Of a stretch of DNA of 64,000 nt, positions 10,770 to 20,820 are shown one piece after another. A program made the position numbers and the translations under genes. Under the pieces are notes generated by a model. The model ran no database searches. It saw only the letters and a program-made list of their open reading frames with translations, and was not told the origin of the DNA. Positions within the stretch are counted from its first letter, which is position 1. Every line of letters starts with the position of its first letter. The DNA comes from Candidatus Bathyarchaeota archaeon (GTDB lineage Archaea; Thermoproteota; Bathyarchaeia; Bathyarchaeales; Bathycorpusculaceae): positions 1 to 64,000 of the forward strand of contig CAVZIW010000011.1 in the NCBI GenBank assembly GCA_963775465.1, read 5' to 3'.

Positions 10770-10886
10770 ATGTGAACACTGAATTTTTTGTATTGCGGAT
10801 GCTATAAATGACTTGCGTTAATTTGATATGAAAACTGATTAGTCTCTTGGAATGCCTTTTTAATTTCTCAACAACTCCTATTCGGT

Positions 10887-11522
10887 ATGCCGAAGCTGTA
10901 TCTTTTGGGTGGAGAGAACGTTCTAAGGAGAAACGCAAAGAAAGTTAACGAGAGAGCTTTCCGAGACGCTAAGCAACCGATTGATGTTTTGGTTTTTTCT
11001 TGGGCAAGAGCGTCCTTTGATCGAAAATACGGGAAGAGAAAACTATTTTCCGATTATCTAATCAGTCTTGGCGCATGTTCTGTAAATTTTGTTGGTTACT
11101 CGGATTCACCTGATTTTATCGAGGATAAAATGAAATATGCCAGTATGGTTTATTTGACGGGGGGTCTTCCAAGCGTTTTAATTGAACGACTTAAGAAAAG
11201 AGGAATTGACAAGTTGCTTTTTGCTTACAAAGGGGTTATTGTTGGACGCAGTGCAGGAGCGTTGGCTTTGTGTAGCCGTTGCATAACTACTGTTCGCAGT
11301 AGCTGTAAAGTAAGAATCGTATATGGTCTTGGCTTAGTAGACATTTTGTTAAAAGTTCATTATATTCCCGAGAAGGATGATGTTTTGTTGTGTTTTTCTA
11401 AAGATGAGAAAGTCTATGCTGTTCCTGAAGGGTCAGCACTTTTTTTTAATAACGGTATATTCGAAGTTATTGGCAAAGCTTATTTGTTTGAAAACGGCGA
11501 AAAACAGATTATCTTAACTTGA
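10887..11522 (+). CDS. Peptidase E (S51)/class I glutamine amidotransferase-like protein
   Basis: YLTGG, nucleophile elbow GRSAG, VHY histidine. Confidence 0.8.
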   Translation: MPKLYLLGGENVLRRNAKKVNERAFRDAKQPIDVLVFSWARASFDRKYGKRKLFSDYLISLGACSVNFVGYSDSPDFIEDKMKYASMVYLTGGLPSVLIERLKKRGIDKLLFAYKGVIVGRSAGALALCSRCITTVRSSCKVRIVYGLGLVDILLKVHYIPEKDDVLLCFSKDEKVYAVPEGSALFFNNGIFEVIGKAYLFENGEKQIILT

Positions 11523-11540
11523 TTAAACTTAAAAGCTGTC

Positions 11541-11765
11541 TTAATTTTTTCTGCGTAGAGCCGCCAAAACCAAAGTGACAAGAACCAGCACCAAAAATAA
11601 CAAGCCGAAAACAGCCAGAGGAATCCTAAATACAGGTTCAATGTGCAAAACGTTGGTGGTTGGTAAACCGCCTAAATAGGCAACTAGGAATATGCCAACA
11701 AACATTATGCCTATGCCTTGAACGGCAAACAGAAACTGAGTTATTTGTTTTTGAGTTAAATTCAA
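11541..11765 (-). CDS. Small two-TM membrane protein
   Basis: Two hydrophobic helices and a basic C-terminus; probable TTG start. Confidence 0.6.
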   Translation of the reverse strand: MNLTQKQITQFLFAVQGIGIMFVGIFLVAYLGGLPTTNVLHIEPVFRIPLAVFGLLFLVLVLVTLVLAALRRKN

Positions 11766-11883
11766 GCTGTTCCCCAATAATAATTGGTTGAGTCCATATT
11801 TAACGCTAACCATTTGTTTAGTCACCAAAAGCTAATATATGCAATTTACCGAATCTAGTTAAAACTATCACCTAGTTGATTCT

Positions 11884-12819
11884 ATGGAGCCACAAAAATT
11901 TTACACCCCGCTAAAAATTGGCTTACTTGCAGTTGTAACCGGATACTTTCTATTCACGTTGCACGGCATGTTTACACTCTCATGGATTGGAGAATGGGAA
12001 CCCTTACACGAACCTATAAGAACGATCATTTTTGTGGAAGACATCTCGGCAACTGCATGCCTAGCTTTCAGATTCTTGGCTAGCATAATTGCTTTTTCGG
12101 CAACCATAATTTATTTTATTAAGAAAGATTTCAAAAAGCAAACTGCATACAAAGTGATCAGGTGGGTTTTGGTTTTTGAAGGCATTTATTGGCTGGGACT
12201 ACTCACAACGGCAGGGTACAGCGTTCAGGGCTTTTGGAATATCCTTTTACAGAATCGCCCGTTAGGTTCATTGCTTAACTCTTTGATAGTAGATGTAATT
12301 CCTACCGTAATGGAATCCATAGTTCTGCCCATCAGTTTATTCATTTTAGCCTTCAAAGTTAAATCGAACAAACCAATAAAATTGGCTGTAAAATGGAGTT
12401 TTATTACTGGGACAATTTTCATAGTTGTGTTCTGGCTGACTAACACAAGCAGCTGGCTTGGCATTGTAGGGCAAGCAGGAATAGAATACTTAACCGCTCA
12501 CCCTGAGCATCTCGTTAGTTTTGTCTCAACAGTCTTTGGATTGTTGGCACTAACAATCTACATAGGTTACATTGCAAAAAAATCTGCAAGGACGGAAACT
12601 TTAGAGGACCTCAAGTTAGGAGCAATAGGAATAATCATCACATCGCTCGGAGTCTATTTCCTCTGGAACTATTTTAGTTGGGTCTTCTTAGCGGGTAACA
12701 CTTGGAATTATTGGTATGCATGGTTCCTAGGCCACAACATGGATCTTTGGATGTTATCATTGCCTCTTCTTGGTCTTCCGCTCCTTTTTAGGAATAAGGA
12801 TGCTGAAAAACAGAGATAG
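11884..12819 (+). CDS. Polytopic membrane protein of unknown function
   Basis: 311 aa ORF with about 8 TM helices. Confidence 0.75.
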   Translation: MEPQKFYTPLKIGLLAVVTGYFLFTLHGMFTLSWIGEWEPLHEPIRTIIFVEDISATACLAFRFLASIIAFSATIIYFIKKDFKKQTAYKVIRWVLVFEGIYWLGLLTTAGYSVQGFWNILLQNRPLGSLLNSLIVDVIPTVMESIVLPISLFILAFKVKSNKPIKLAVKWSFITGTIFIVVFWLTNTSSWLGIVGQAGIEYLTAHPEHLVSFVSTVFGLLALTIYIGYIAKKSARTETLEDLKLGAIGIIITSLGVYFLWNYFSWVFLAGNTWNYWYAWFLGHNMDLWMLSLPLLGLPLLFRNKDAEKQR

Positions 12820-12937
12820 GAAAAAATTCCCATCTCTTTCTCCAAATCTTTACTCCGTTTGCTGATATATATTCTCGAATTCTTTTCATGGTGTCGCTTA
12901 CTTGTAAATATTTAGAGGATAGAGACCATTGACCTCG

Positions 12938-15040
12938 TCAATCAGACTTCGGCGGGTCATTTTTTGTGAAAGTGACGTACAATGATATCAATGCTAATAC
13001 TGCTAAAACGATGATTCCTCCCAATATATACCAGTTTATAGGTTCGTCTCTGCTCGATTCAACGCTAAAGTTGGGCACTAAAGTTGGTTGAGTTTCGATT
13101 ATTTGAGACGGCGCTTGGATTATTGTTGGGTCAGGAGTGGATTTTACTATAGGTTGAGGAGTTGGTAAGGGAGTTGGTGCGGTTGTCTGTTCTGGCGTAG
13201 GCGTTGGTAAGGGCTCTATTGTTGATTGAGAATTAGGTGTTGTTGAGTTTGTTTGAGTACCCAGCGCATAAATTTTACCGTCGTATGAGCCTATGTACAG
13301 TACGCCGTTGGCTATAGCCGGTGATGCGAACAGAAATCCCCCTGTACGGTATGACCAGATCATTGAGCCGTTGAAGGCGTTTAAAGCGAATATGTAGCTA
13401 TCGCATGAACCAAAGTATACTACGTCGCCCGAGACTGCAGGGGATGAATAAACGTAGCCTTGAAGTTGACGTTGGGAATAAGGCGATGTGAAGAACCAAA
13501 TTTGTGAGCCATCTGTGGCATTTAAGGCATAGTAACCGTTGCGTGCCCCAATATAGACCATGCCATTTGCGACTGCGGGAGAATCATCAGCGTGGTCGGT
13601 ACCGCTGCCGACGGAAGCTTGCCAAATTTTTGAACCGTCACTTGTATTCAAAGCATAAACAGTACCAGAGTCTGAGCAGACATAAACAACGCTATTGACA
13701 ACTGCAGGGGTAGAATAGACGTGGGACCCCGTTTGAAATGCCCATATTAGAGCGCCATTGGCTGCTTTTAAGGCGTAGACGTTGCCGTTATCTGCGCCTT
13801 GATAGAGGACTCCGTTAACTATTGAAGGTGAAGAAAAGGTTGAGCTACCCGTAAAATAAGACCAGATTAGAGCGCCATTGGCTGCGTTCAAAGCGTAGAT
13901 GTACCCATAATACGAACCGATATAAACGATACCGTTGACTACTGTTGGAGAAGACTCAATTCCACTGTTTGTTGAAAAACGCCAAATCAATGACCCAGTT
14001 TCGGCATTCAAAGCAACAACGTAACCGTTGTGGCCATCCCACAGGATACCAACGTAAACAACGCCGTTAACTACAGCAGGTGAAGATTCTACTTGACTGC
14101 AGCTGTTATATTGCCAGATTACTGATCCGGTGGATGCATTTAAAGCGTAGATGATACCGTTGTTGGAGCCTTCATAGACAACGCCGTTAACTATTGCAGG
14201 GGAGGAACGGATTTTGTCGCCGGTATTGAATTGCCAAAGTAAATTGCCGTTAGAAGCTGTGGAGGTTGTTGATCCTGCCCGCTGAATATCATGACGATAC
14301 ATTGTCCAATCGTTCGGGTTGGCTTCAGTGGAAGGCGGGGTTGTTGGCGTAGGGGTTGCAGTTGGTTCGGCGCCGCCTACTGTGATGTTTTTGTTGAGGT
14401 TTTCACTTACTGCAAAGTTGTATTCGTAGTAGGTTGGAAAAGGAGTACATTGACCTGTGTAGCTTGGGTTGAAAGTAGTTTGAGGGTGAGCGTCTATTGT
14501 ATAGGTTCCAGCGGGCACATTTATGAAATAATATCCTGAGTTGGTTGTGAAATATCCTGAACCATAAACTCCACTGATGGTTTTAAACAAAACCGCCGCT
14601 CCCACCATCGGGGTTCCTATGGAATTAATGACGTAACCTGAGATTTTGAACGCTGTCTGCAAGGTCATATTTTTTGTAACATCGGAAAAAACTGTAAAGC
14701 CTGCCTGGTCATAATTAATGTAGTTTGAATTGTATGGTGGCCAAACATTAAGGTGGTATGTGCCTGAAGGACCATAAGTTTCGTAGTAACCCGAAGTATC
14801 TGTAAAAACGCCCGGAACGATTGATGGTGCATTAAAGATTACGTCTGCATTGGGGATCCCATAACCGTTTGAATCTAAGACGTATCCTGATATTTTGAAT
14901 CTCTCTGATTGTGCTTTTACATTACTGACGTTAAGATTCCAGGCAATTGTAAACAATAGAGCAAATACCAAGAAAACAACAAAAACGCTGCCTCTTTTTA
15001 GATGCAGGTTATTAGTTGATAATTCTAATGAATTGGGCAT
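12938..15040 (-). CDS. Cell-surface protein: signal peptide, two carboxypeptidase-regulatory-like beta-sandwiches, PQQ-like (BamB-type) beta-propeller, PT linker, C-terminal TM anchor
   Basis: Two FKISGYV.. repeats; about 8 SSPA-x-x-NG-x-VY-x-GS...YALNA..G..IW repeats of ~40 aa; Pro/Thr linkers; C-terminal TM. Confidence 0.88.
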   Translation of the reverse strand: MPNSLELSTNNLHLKRGSVFVVFLVFALLFTIAWNLNVSNVKAQSERFKISGYVLDSNGYGIPNADVIFNAPSIVPGVFTDTSGYYETYGPSGTYHLNVWPPYNSNYINYDQAGFTVFSDVTKNMTLQTAFKISGYVINSIGTPMVGAAVLFKTISGVYGSGYFTTNSGYYFINVPAGTYTIDAHPQTTFNPSYTGQCTPFPTYYEYNFAVSENLNKNITVGGAEPTATPTPTTPPSTEANPNDWTMYRHDIQRAGSTTSTASNGNLLWQFNTGDKIRSSPAIVNGVVYEGSNNGIIYALNASTGSVIWQYNSCSQVESSPAVVNGVVYVGILWDGHNGYVVALNAETGSLIWRFSTNSGIESSPTVVNGIVYIGSYYGYIYALNAANGALIWSYFTGSSTFSSPSIVNGVLYQGADNGNVYALKAANGALIWAFQTGSHVYSTPAVVNSVVYVCSDSGTVYALNTSDGSKIWQASVGSGTDHADDSPAVANGMVYIGARNGYYALNATDGSQIWFFTSPYSQRQLQGYVYSSPAVSGDVVYFGSCDSYIFALNAFNGSMIWSYRTGGFLFASPAIANGVLYIGSYDGKIYALGTQTNSTTPNSQSTIEPLPTPTPEQTTAPTPLPTPQPIVKSTPDPTIIQAPSQIIETQPTLVPNFSVESSRDEPINWYILGGIIVLAVLALISLYVTFTKNDPPKSD

Positions 15041-15144
15041 TTACGTTCGCCAATTAAGCCATCAGTTTTTTTTGGCAATAAAAGACTTCTCGTAAAAGTT
15101 TTTTGACTAAACTCAGTAAACGTTTCTTGACTAAACATTAGAGT

Positions 15145-16363
15145 TCAGTTTGGTACGTTCAAAAGTTTAGCCTTCCTTTTCAAGAGTACCACAACTAATG
15201 CAAAAATAAAAATTGCACATGCTAGGCCAGTAGCAATGTATTGTAGATTTCGTGTCTGTGTTTGAGTATTTGATATGGCTGAATTAAACGCCAAGGCTAC
15301 AGCATGTACACTGTGGTGATAGGTGAACGAGACTAGCCATGAATCGCCTATAGATTGAGTAACAGGTTGCAGTAATTCTTTGTCAAAGTATACTTTTAGG
15401 TTTGAAGCATCGCTCATCATTGATTTTGATATGTAGATGTTGACGTAGCCCGTTGTTCCTGTTTCTCCGTTTACTTTGAAGTTTAACTCTTGAGTAGTAG
15501 AGTTAAAGGCAAGAGCTGTTACTGACGAATTAGAAGCCACTGAGAAAACAGAATCGTCCTGGAAAGGTAGGACTACAAAATTTACAATTGTGCTTGCAAA
15601 AGCAAACTCTGAATTGACCTCGTATGTGGCTTTCAAAAAGTAATTGCCTGTCACTAAGGGTGTCCAAACTGCTTGGAACGCACCAGTGTTATCTGTGCTT
15701 ACAAAGGTTAATGATGCCCATGAGTTGCCTCCGTCAACACTGTATGACAACAGAATTGGTGAGTCAGATAGACATGCGTTTTTTGATGTCAATGTTCCTT
15801 GTATGTTTTCTTTGAAGTTTGAGTAGGTCGTTGAGCTTTGGTAGTTAACACTAAGTGATGTTTCAAGTTTTGGGGTTGATGTGTTGGTTGATGTTGGAGT
15901 AGGCTCTGGAGTTGTGACCGGTGAGAGTGTTGGAGTAGGTGTTGGCAAGGAAGAATCAACAAAGAAGGAACCATCGCTTTGACAACGAGTGTAAGTGTTA
16001 CCGGCGAAAGTTTCGCCTGGGTAAGTAAAATTACATAAATAAGTACCCCTGATATCAGGGATCCAAGAAAAATAAAATGTCCCCGTTCCTGGTTGAGTGT
16101 TATTCACTCCTATGAGCCTATAGTTACCATTAATGTCTATAACATTAAACTGGATTCCGTGGTAAGAATATCCAGAGGGCGGTGCAGGCGAAATGTTTGC
16201 TATTATTGTAATCTTTTGACCAAAAGCTGCCGTTTTAGGTGTAATTGAGACCCCTGAAAAAGACGTGTTCACTGTTGAAGCTTGAACCGTTGAGATAAAA
16301 ACCCCAAAAAAAAAGACTAAAAATTAATAATGCCCCGAAAATAAAAACAGTTCCATTCTTCAA
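15145..16363 (-). CDS. Cell-surface Ig-like protein with C-terminal TM anchor; signal peptide frameshifted at a T9 run
   Basis: Main ORF 15145-16272. Upstream TTG at 16363 gives MKNGTVFIFGALLIFSLFF, which joins GVFISTVQAS if the run at 16306-16314 were 8 nt. Confidence 0.7.
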
Positions 16364-16598
16364 GCTGTTAGATCTCCCTAATTTTTACCCTCATAAAACT
16401 AAGTCTTCTTACTTCTTTTTTCAAGATAAGTGATGCACTTATCAAACCTTTTACGACCCTACTCAATTACCGAGTATTTGGTTAATAATATTTATTAGTT
16501 ATTTTAGTCACGGGAATGTCGACTAAATTTTCGGCTAAATAGTTTTCAATAAACAATTTTTTTATCAAAACTCCCCGTAAGCATTTTCAAAGAGATTG

Positions 16599-16674
16599 TG
16601 GTAGCCCGTGAGAGATTCGAACTCTCGTCGTCGGGTCCAAAGCCCGATATGCTTGACCACTACACCAACGGGCT
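16599..16674 (-). tRNA. tRNA-Gln(UUG)
   Basis: AGCCCGT acceptor stem, anticodon arm TCGGG-CTTTGGA-CCCGA, GTTCGAATC T-loop, encoded CCA. Confidence 0.96.
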
Positions 16675-16928
16675 GCATGAACAGTTTAAAAACTGCCCTT
16701 ATTTATGGTTAGAGGTTTATGGGTGTTTATTTTGTTAATAAGCGTTCCTGAAAAGTTTGGGATAAAAACGTTTGTTTGGGGAATCTTGAAGAGATGATGC
16801 GTTTTAGGAATATGGTTAATTGGAGGCTGATTGGCGCGCACTTTTACACTTTTTTACATTTTTCCCATGCAACTGTGAGCGGGGTTTTGAGCGTTTCGAA
16901 ATGGTTATGTGCAACAGGTTTAATAAAC

Positions 16929-16944
16929 CAAAAATCTTAAATAC
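16929..16944 (+). promoter_or_regulatory. Putative BRE-TATA element upstream of tfb
   Basis: CAAAAATCTTAAATA about 100 nt before the tfb start. Confidence 0.35.
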
Positions 16945-17044
16945 TAGAATTGTTCATCAGCTTAGTTTGCGCGGACCGAATGTACTATTTTCTGGCCACA
17001 CTGGCTTATGGTGACGGCTCTACGCATACTAAGAGGTAGAATAG

Positions 17045-17992
17045 ATGAGCATAAAAAAAGAAACTCCCCAAAGAACGTCCCAACGCACGGCAGATAAGTG
17101 CCCTGAATGCGGTGGCGTAAACTTAGTTCACGATTACGATACCGGCGAAACCGTATGTGGTGACTGCGGACTGGTTCTATATGAACAAATGATGGATAAA
17201 GGACCAGAATGGCGCGCATTCACACAAGAAGAAAAAGCCTCCAGAAGTCGTGTCGGTGTTCCAACATCTTACTCAGTTCACGATAAAGGTTTGTCAACAG
17301 CCATCAGCCAAGTTGACCGAGATGCCTTCGGAAGAAAACTACCGCTTTCAACCAGACTTCAGATGTGGAGACTAAGAAAATGGCAAATCCGAAGCCGAGT
17401 CCACTCATCCATCGATCGAAATCTCGCACAAGCCATGGCTGAACTTGACCGATTATCAGACAAAGTATACATTCCACCACCAATCAAAGAAAAAGCCGCA
17501 GTTATATATCGAAAATCCCTCGACAAAGGCTTAGTTCGAGGACGCTCAATTGCAGCAATAGCCGCCGCAGCATTATATGCTGCTTGTCGAGGAAGTGGAA
17601 CCCCAAGGACTCTGCGTGAAATTGCTGAAGCTAGCCTAGTTGACAAAAAAGATGTTGCCAGATGTTACAGGCTTCTATTGCGAGAATTGGAAGTTCACAT
17701 GCCGATAGCTGACCCATTAACTTACGTTTCAAAGATTGCAGAAAAGACAGGCATTTCAGGCAAGACACAAGGTGCTGCTATAGCAATTCTTCGAGAAGCC
17801 AGACGCAAACGTGCTGCTGCAGGAAAAGACCCTATGGGTCTAGCTGCTGCCGCCCTCTATATTGCTTGTTTGCAGAATAACGAGAAGAAAACTCAGAAAG
17901 ATATCGCTGAAGCTGCAGGTGTAACCGAAGTTACGGTTCGTAACCGCTACAAGACACTCAAAAAGCAGTTAAATCTCGAGTTGCCTGATTAG
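17045..17992 (+). CDS. tfb: Transcription initiation factor IIB
   Basis: CPECG..CGDCG Zn ribbon, GPEWRAF, two cyclin repeats, GVTEVTVRNRYK. Confidence 0.98.
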   Translation: MSIKKETPQRTSQRTADKCPECGGVNLVHDYDTGETVCGDCGLVLYEQMMDKGPEWRAFTQEEKASRSRVGVPTSYSVHDKGLSTAISQVDRDAFGRKLPLSTRLQMWRLRKWQIRSRVHSSIDRNLAQAMAELDRLSDKVYIPPPIKEKAAVIYRKSLDKGLVRGRSIAAIAAAALYAACRGSGTPRTLREIAEASLVDKKDVARCYRLLLRELEVHMPIADPLTYVSKIAEKTGISGKTQGAAIAILREARRKRAAAGKDPMGLAAAALYIACLQNNEKKTQKDIAEAAGVTEVTVRNRYKTLKKQLNLELPD

Positions 17993-17996
17993 GGCA

Positions 17997-18016
17997 ATTT
18001 CTTTCTTTTTTATTTG
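17997..18016 (+). terminator. Oligo-T terminator after tfb
   Basis: T-rich tract immediately after the stop codon. Confidence 0.5.
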
Positions 18017-18031
18017 TTTAAAAGAATAAAT

Positions 18032-18256
18032 TTAAGGCTCTTCTTCTGCGGATTGCTGTTTTTCTTCTTCAAGTTCCATCACTAAAATGCCGGTGTAACC
18101 GCATTTTTCGCAATAATATTGTCTTGGAGTTAGCCAAATATCTAAGCTGCTATTGAGTTGTATCTCTGGACTGCAGCATCGAGGACAAAAAATCTTTGTT
18201 ACTTTTCGATGTTTTGTGTTTTTAAGGATTTCACGAAGACTATCTAACTTTTTCAT
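18032..18256 (-). CDS. Small Zn-ribbon protein
   Basis: CPRC...CEKCGY motif, downstream of sui1. Confidence 0.75.
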   Translation of the reverse strand: MKKLDSLREILKNTKHRKVTKIFCPRCCSPEIQLNSSLDIWLTPRQYYCEKCGYTGILVMELEEEKQQSAEEEP

Positions 18257-18297
18257 TACTAAGATTGCACCGGATGTTTGGTTAATGGACTTTGAGC

Positions 18298-18609
18298 TTA
18301 TTGGAGTTCGATGTTTTCTTGTGGATAACCAATTTTTATTAGAAAATCTTTAACACGATCACGATGGTCGCCTTGAAGCATGATTTGTCCGTTTTTACTG
18401 GTTCCGCCACATGCACAATAGGTTTTGAGTTTTTGGGCGACATTATGTAGATTAGAAGAATTCTTGTCGTCCATACCATCAATAATTGTGGTTGCTTTCC
18501 CATATTTTCGGGTTTCAAGGCGAACGCGAATACGTTGTTGTTCTTTTTCTATTTCTCCACAAACGCATAGGTCCTTTGGTAGTCCGCATGTTGAACAAAC
18601 TTCAGCCAT
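18298..18609 (-). CDS. sui1: Translation initiation factor aIF1 (SUI1)
   Basis: CSTCGLPKDLCVC N-terminus, LKTYCACGGT, IMLQGDHR. Confidence 0.96.
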   Translation of the reverse strand: MAEVCSTCGLPKDLCVCGEIEKEQQRIRVRLETRKYGKATTIIDGMDDKNSSNLHNVAQKLKTYCACGGTSKNGQIMLQGDHRDRVKDFLIKIGYPQENIELQ

Positions 18610-18902
18610 GACACTCAACAGAGAATTAGCATCTGGTGTATATAAGAGTTTCAAACCGTCAAAGAGAATTTTTTTGGGAGTGTAACCACCTTATTTCAGA
18701 GCTATTATCTACCCAAACTCCATCAAACTGTAACAAATAATATGTCAATCTACCAATTTTTCGTTTTGGCAACCATTTTAAGTTGCTTCAGCTCGGAAAA
18801 ACTATTGGTAAATTTCAAATTTTCTTCAGAAAGCATTAAATTCTTTTAGCGGTATTATTGGTAAAAGAATTGCTTACATTAAGCAATTAGGGAGCTGGAT
18901 GT

Positions 18903-20819
18903 ATGCGTATTATAACAAAAGAGAACTTTACGGATTTTATCAATGCGCTTATAGACGATGATTCACTAAACGTGATAGGCGTAAAATCCAAAGGCGAGAA
19001 ATTTGCCTTTGACCCTTTGAACTCAGCAGATGAACTCAGGTTAGATTATGACGTTACCCTTCTGCCGCCAAAAAAATATTTCTTTCCCCAGAGGGAGACG
19101 TTGGTTACTTACAACATCGGCAAGAGTTTCTCTGCTAGAGAGTCCCCCGACCCAAATCAAACAGTAATTGTAGGAGTACACCCCTACGACATAGTAGCGC
19201 TTCTCCACATGGACGAAATCTTCAGCGAAACTAAATCTGACCCATACTATTTTGAAAAACGAAAATCATCAGTTATCATCGGCGTTAATATGCAAAGTAT
19301 GTCAAAATGGTGCTTTGCACCCTACATGGGCGCAGACACAATCGAATACGGATATGACCTTATGCTAACAGACTTGGGAAACCGCTATGCAATCGCCATC
19401 GGCTCACAAAAGGGAGAACAGCTCTTAGACAAATACGCAAAAGGATTAACCAACGCACTTGCACGAGACATCCAGATGGTTGGTCAGAAAAAACGTGAAG
19501 TCGCAGCAATGTGCAAACAAAAACTTGATTTCGCGCCCGAATTAATCCCTGAAATGTTAAATAATTTTTATGGAGAGAGTGCATTCTGGGAAAAGCACTC
19601 AGAAAAATGCTTAGCATGCGGCTCTTGCGTTCTTGTGTGCCCAACCTGTTATTGTTTTGACGTTAAAGACAACCCAGACCTTACTTTGCAGCAAGGAGAA
19701 AGAGTTCGAACTTGGGATGGTTGCTTGCTGGAAGACTTTGCAAAAATTGCTTCAGGAGAAAACTTCCGCGCAACCCGACCAACAAGGTATAGGCACAGAT
19801 ACTTCAAAAAAGGCAAGTATCTCTTTGACCGATTCGGTTTTATATCATGCGTGGGTTGCGGCAGATGCGGTTCAAATTGTCTTCCTGACATCGCAAACCC
19901 AGTTAGCCTTTTCAACGACATGTACCGTGAAACTCAACAAAGCGGTTTAGAAATAACCGCGCCAACAGCCCCGGACATAAAAATACAAACAGGAACCGAC
20001 ATAGACTATGTCCCCCGACTAGCAACCGTCATTAAGAAACATCCTATGACCTCAATGGAAACACTTTTTGAAATAAAGCTTGACGACGATTCAGAACTCG
20101 GTCACAACCCTGGACAATTCGTTGAAGTCTCAGTGTTCGGAGTCGGGGAAGCGCCCATCTCAATTTCATCGCCTCCCACAAAGAAAGGTTCCTTCGAACT
20201 TTGTGTAAGAAGACTAGGAAACGTAACAACCAAAATGCATGCCCTAAAAGAGGGTGATAAAGTAGGCATAAGAGGACCATTTGGCCATGGATTTGACACC
20301 GAACAACTGAAAGGAAAAGACCTACTGTTTGTAGCAGGCGGGCTAGGATTGGCGCCTTTGCGATCACTATTCAACTATGTCCTAGATAATCGAAAGGATT
20401 ACGGAAAAGTAACACTCTTATACGGCTGTAAAGAACCAAGAGAACTGCTATTTTCTGATGAGCTCGTAGAGTTAAGCCGGCGCGACGATGTGGAATTCAA
20501 GCCCACAGTCGACAGGTGCCCTGAATCAGAAATCTGGTCAGCCAATGTAGGTGTTATCACAACGTTGATTCCTCAAATTGAATTCAATCCAGAAAGTGTC
20601 TATGCAATAATCTGTGGTCCCCCAATAATGTACAAGTTCGTAATAGCAGACCTAAAGAAACGAAGTGTACCCGACGATCACATAATAATGTCCTTGGAAC
20701 GCAGAATGAAATGCGGAGTCGGAAAATGCGGTCACTGCCAGATAAATCATATCTACGTTTGCAAAGACGGACCCGTCTTTAACTATGCCAAAATAAAAGG
20801 CGTCCCGGAGGCCCTATAA
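18903..20819 (+). CDS. Group 3b [NiFe]-hydrogenase (sulfhydrogenase) fused beta (Fe-S) and gamma (FAD/NAD(P), 2Fe-2S) subunits
   Basis: N-half: PPKKYFFP, CLACGSCVLVCPTCYC, CVGCGRC. C-half: GEAPISISS, RGPFGHG, AGGLGLAP, CGPP, CGVGKCGHC..C. Confidence 0.92.
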   Translation: MRIITKENFTDFINALIDDDSLNVIGVKSKGEKFAFDPLNSADELRLDYDVTLLPPKKYFFPQRETLVTYNIGKSFSARESPDPNQTVIVGVHPYDIVALLHMDEIFSETKSDPYYFEKRKSSVIIGVNMQSMSKWCFAPYMGADTIEYGYDLMLTDLGNRYAIAIGSQKGEQLLDKYAKGLTNALARDIQMVGQKKREVAAMCKQKLDFAPELIPEMLNNFYGESAFWEKHSEKCLACGSCVLVCPTCYCFDVKDNPDLTLQQGERVRTWDGCLLEDFAKIASGENFRATRPTRYRHRYFKKGKYLFDRFGFISCVGCGRCGSNCLPDIANPVSLFNDMYRETQQSGLEITAPTAPDIKIQTGTDIDYVPRLATVIKKHPMTSMETLFEIKLDDDSELGHNPGQFVEVSVFGVGEAPISISSPPTKKGSFELCVRRLGNVTTKMHALKEGDKVGIRGPFGHGFDTEQLKGKDLLFVAGGLGLAPLRSLFNYVLDNRKDYGKVTLLYGCKEPRELLFSDELVELSRRDDVEFKPTVDRCPESEIWSANVGVITTLIPQIEFNPESVYAIICGPPIMYKFVIADLKKRSVPDDHIIMSLERRMKCGVGKCGHCQINHIYVCKDGPVFNYAKIKGVPEAL

Positions 20820-20820
20820 A

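Noticed and set aside
13260-14260. Roughly 120-bp periodic repeats that could suggest a CRISPR or tandem array
   Set aside because: They are in-frame, degenerate coding repeats of beta-propeller blades, without an identical-repeat/unique-spacer pattern.
16790-16832. Possible C/D box sRNA (ATGATGC...CTGA)
   Set aside because: The C box is imperfect, there is no convincing C'/D' pair, and it is too short.
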